Below, piece by piece: positions 61,401-64,000 of a stretch of 64,000 nt of DNA. Below the pieces are notes generated by a model that saw only the letters and a list, made by a program, of their open reading frames with translations, was not told where the DNA came from and made no database searches. Every line of letters begins with the position of its first letter. Positions within the stretch are counted from its first letter, which is position 1. A program made the translations under genes and the position numbers. Source of the DNA: Cirrosporium novae-zelandiae (taxonomy: Eukaryota); assembly GCA_026023565.1 (NCBI GenBank), contig JAPETS010000027.1, positions 310,001 through 374,000 on the forward strand, in the 5' to 3' direction.

Positions 61401-63177
61401 CTGTTCTCTTACTTGTGTATCAGACAGCGAATAAACCTTTGAGTGCTTTGAAATACTTACTTAATGGGCTACTTTCTTTAATCTTCACTAAAAGAGGATC
61501 GAGAGGAGCTCTGTGCATGTCATCATTCCTTCCTAACTTCTCGGTTACTCGGTCAGAATCAACATTGGTCTTGGGCTCTACAATAAGCCTTTCATTTGTA
61601 TTAAAATCGGTATGTGGATCAAAGTCGATAAATGCATCAAGGCCAATAGAATCACCAAAAGACTCCTCGCAGAGAGCTTCAAACGCCGCACGGTGCCCCT
61701 GACTATCATAGTTTGTACTCTGGGTGTCGTGCTCCACTTGCTTGGCTTTAGTCACCTCTGGTCTAGCATTCAAACTTTCGGGCCCAGTTAATTTTTTTGC
61801 GTAAGAATGATTTCGAGGCTGCTTCGACCATTCAATAGTCGTTTGTGGGTTGTAAATAGTAGATTCATTTTGCTTGGCTAGACTGTTCGACGTATCTCTT
61901 GAATATGATGGTGAGCGTTTTACAGCACCCTCGCTATACGTATCCGATTGTTGTTTTTCCTTCGTCGTGTTTCCACGCTTTTTCTGAGTATAAAAGTCTC
62001 TTTCTTTTTTGAATGTTGGAACTTGGGGATACGATTTAATAGTGGATTGGTCGTCATCATTATCAAAACCAAACGAAGTTGCATTAGACGTTATGCCCGA
62101 ACGTATTCCAGTCATACTAGAGAATATCGAAGGCGCTTCCGTACTTGACATACTTGAGCTAGTATCAATGGATCGCTCATACAGGCCGCTTGCTTTTGGG
62201 GTTGGGGTAGCTGAAGCTTCACGATACGACCTTCGTGCTTCCGATTTATTTTTGGTGACATTTCTAGGTGAATTTAACCGGCGTTTATAGGATGATGGGC
62301 GGTATTCGGAATTCTGAGATGTAGAGATGTCAGTAGTAGAAACGTCCTGATCAAAGCACTCGATTAAACTGTTTTCTAAATCACTATAGGAGTCTTCGTC
62401 CATAAACACTGGAGAGCTGGGGCAATCGTAGAATACCTCGTCATCCTCCAAAGACTTTCTCTTGGAAGATTTAGAACCAGCTCTGGAGACGTCATCATTT
62501 GTTGTATCGGGTGCTGTTATTCTTTCTAACTTTCGAGCCGTAGAGCCAGCTGAAGGGGATTCCAATTTGTGAAAGTAATAATCAATTGTCGGGCTTGCTT
62601 TAACCTTTTTGCTCGATGAGATATTGCTGACGGCCTGTGGATCTTCCCCGGCAGAGACCTCTGGTGGTAATACAGGTGTTGACCTTTCTTGGGCCATACT
62701 TGCATTATCGTCATACAAGTCTGAATTTGATCGAATTCGGCCTTGGACTAGGTAGCATTCGTCGTAGAGAAGCTTTTCCAGATGCGCTAGTAACTTCGGG
62801 ATGGCTAATTCATCTATTCTATTTCTCTTGAGAAAGGAAGATTCCAACAATAGACTGTTGGAGCGCGAGATTGATGGAAGGACCTCCTCTTCTTGATTGG
62901 GCTTCCACCTCCATTCTGACCTTATGAATTTTGCCCATTCCTCAAAATCCTCTATCACGCGGTTAAGTGCATGGCCATCTTCGTTGTGCAAATGTTTAAT
63001 ATAACCCAAACAATTGTTCCTTAAAACATTGACGCCGTTTTTACTAAGATTCTTGCGAGAGGGCGACCACAGCGCTGGGTCGTGAAAAGGCAAATCGAGG
63101 TTCCATCGGCTATTGAGAAGTTGAACATAGGCATTAACGCCAGCATCGGATTTGGATGGGGTGTAAGGGGCATTCAT
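58496..63177 (-). CDS. qde-1: Cellular RNA-dependent RNA polymerase, QDE-1-like (quelling/RNAi), about 1542 aa; intron 61408-61460
   Basis: MNDGCARMS, PSVFQGRIAGAKGVW, ADPYGVL, VLVARLPA and catalytic LSGGDYDGD. The 585-aa and 960-aa ORFs join in frame through a 53-nt intron. Confidence 0.88.
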
Positions 63178-64000
63178 GAAGGCCGAGTCTAAATCGGAAC
63201 ATAAAGAAAGTATTCAAAATGGAGGAGAATAAATGATTAGCCGGGAGGAATAAAAAGTCGATTGTGCATCATGCAAAGGGTTGAACATTTGTTGACGTTG
63301 GAGAGTTGGTGTTGATAAAGTGGTACAGGAAACTTGAGATGGCATTGCGCATCCAATCAATTAGGTTTAGACATTTCCACATTCCCTTTCCACCCCGCAG
63401 ACTTTCAATCTGGTTCGACGCCAGGAGAGTAGGACGCCTATCTCGACGGGCCGCCCCTAGCGAGAACGCATCATTTCAAACATGGAAAAAAATAAATACT
63501 TTGTTATTTGTCACAACTGCGGGTTTTTTTTTCATTTGATAATTAGTATTGGGTTATCCTATGTATTTATACTTAATAGATGGACTGTTCAGATATTAAC
63601 TATTTATCACTATCTTGGTTTTGGACCCATTAACGCCGCACGCTTAGTTCACTTCTCATTGCCTAGGTATTATTAAGTCAACAATCTCCGTGCAACAAAC
63701 GAGCGTCTAAGGACACTAACGTCATGTACCATATCATTTCCTAAGTAACCAAGGCATCAGTCGAGAGCAACAACAAAGAGCAACTTCTCTTCTCCACCGA
63801 TAGTCGATATCTTACATGTGACAATGAAAATGCTATTTTTTGCTTCACTTTCTTATTGTTGCATGTTCATAACACTGGGTAGAGCTGGATATCAAACTAG
63901 CTTGGCGAGCTGATATCAATACATAATCCATTGGACCAGGATGGAGCACGTCAAATACGATACCAAGACTCGAATCGGTAACGGTTGCAAAGTGGCTCAC

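Noticed and set aside
61380..61460. Frameshifted or pseudogenised RdRP (two separate ORFs)
   Set aside because: A 53-nt GT-AG intron joins the ORFs in frame.
63400..63430. GGTTCGA T-loop-like motif (tRNA)
   Set aside because: No cloverleaf can be built around it.

Overview
This is a gene-dense 64-kb segment of a filamentous ascomycete (Pezizomycotina) nuclear genome, judged from short GT-AG introns with CTRAC branch points and from the homologues present. It holds about 23 protein-coding genes, mostly housekeeping: Nsl1/Mis14, Sec14, Cwh43, Utp6, an ICT1-like release factor, a Nab3-like RRM protein, prefoldin 3, eIF3e, Img2, Swi1, Rpt3, an SDR, Otu2, a thiol/halide methyltransferase, PalC, an OPT transporter, a Rex1-like exonuclease, calcineurin A, Lot5, an Mmc1-like protein, a QDE-1-like RdRP and two hypotheticals. 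I could not support any tRNA, rRNA, transposon or CRISPR, and I did not find a clear novel multi-gene system. The most interesting signals are (1) repeated abrupt C-rich to G-rich strand-skew flips that cut through coding sequence and control synonymous codon choice, (2) a candidate stop-containing, structured cassette exon inside the long SEC14 intron, (3) splice-dependent alternative products of calcineurin and the RdRP, (4) a uORF whose stop overlaps the Nab3-like start, and (5) a 3'-UTR hairpin and a recurrent 3' motif. Product calls come from recalled family motifs; no database search was run.
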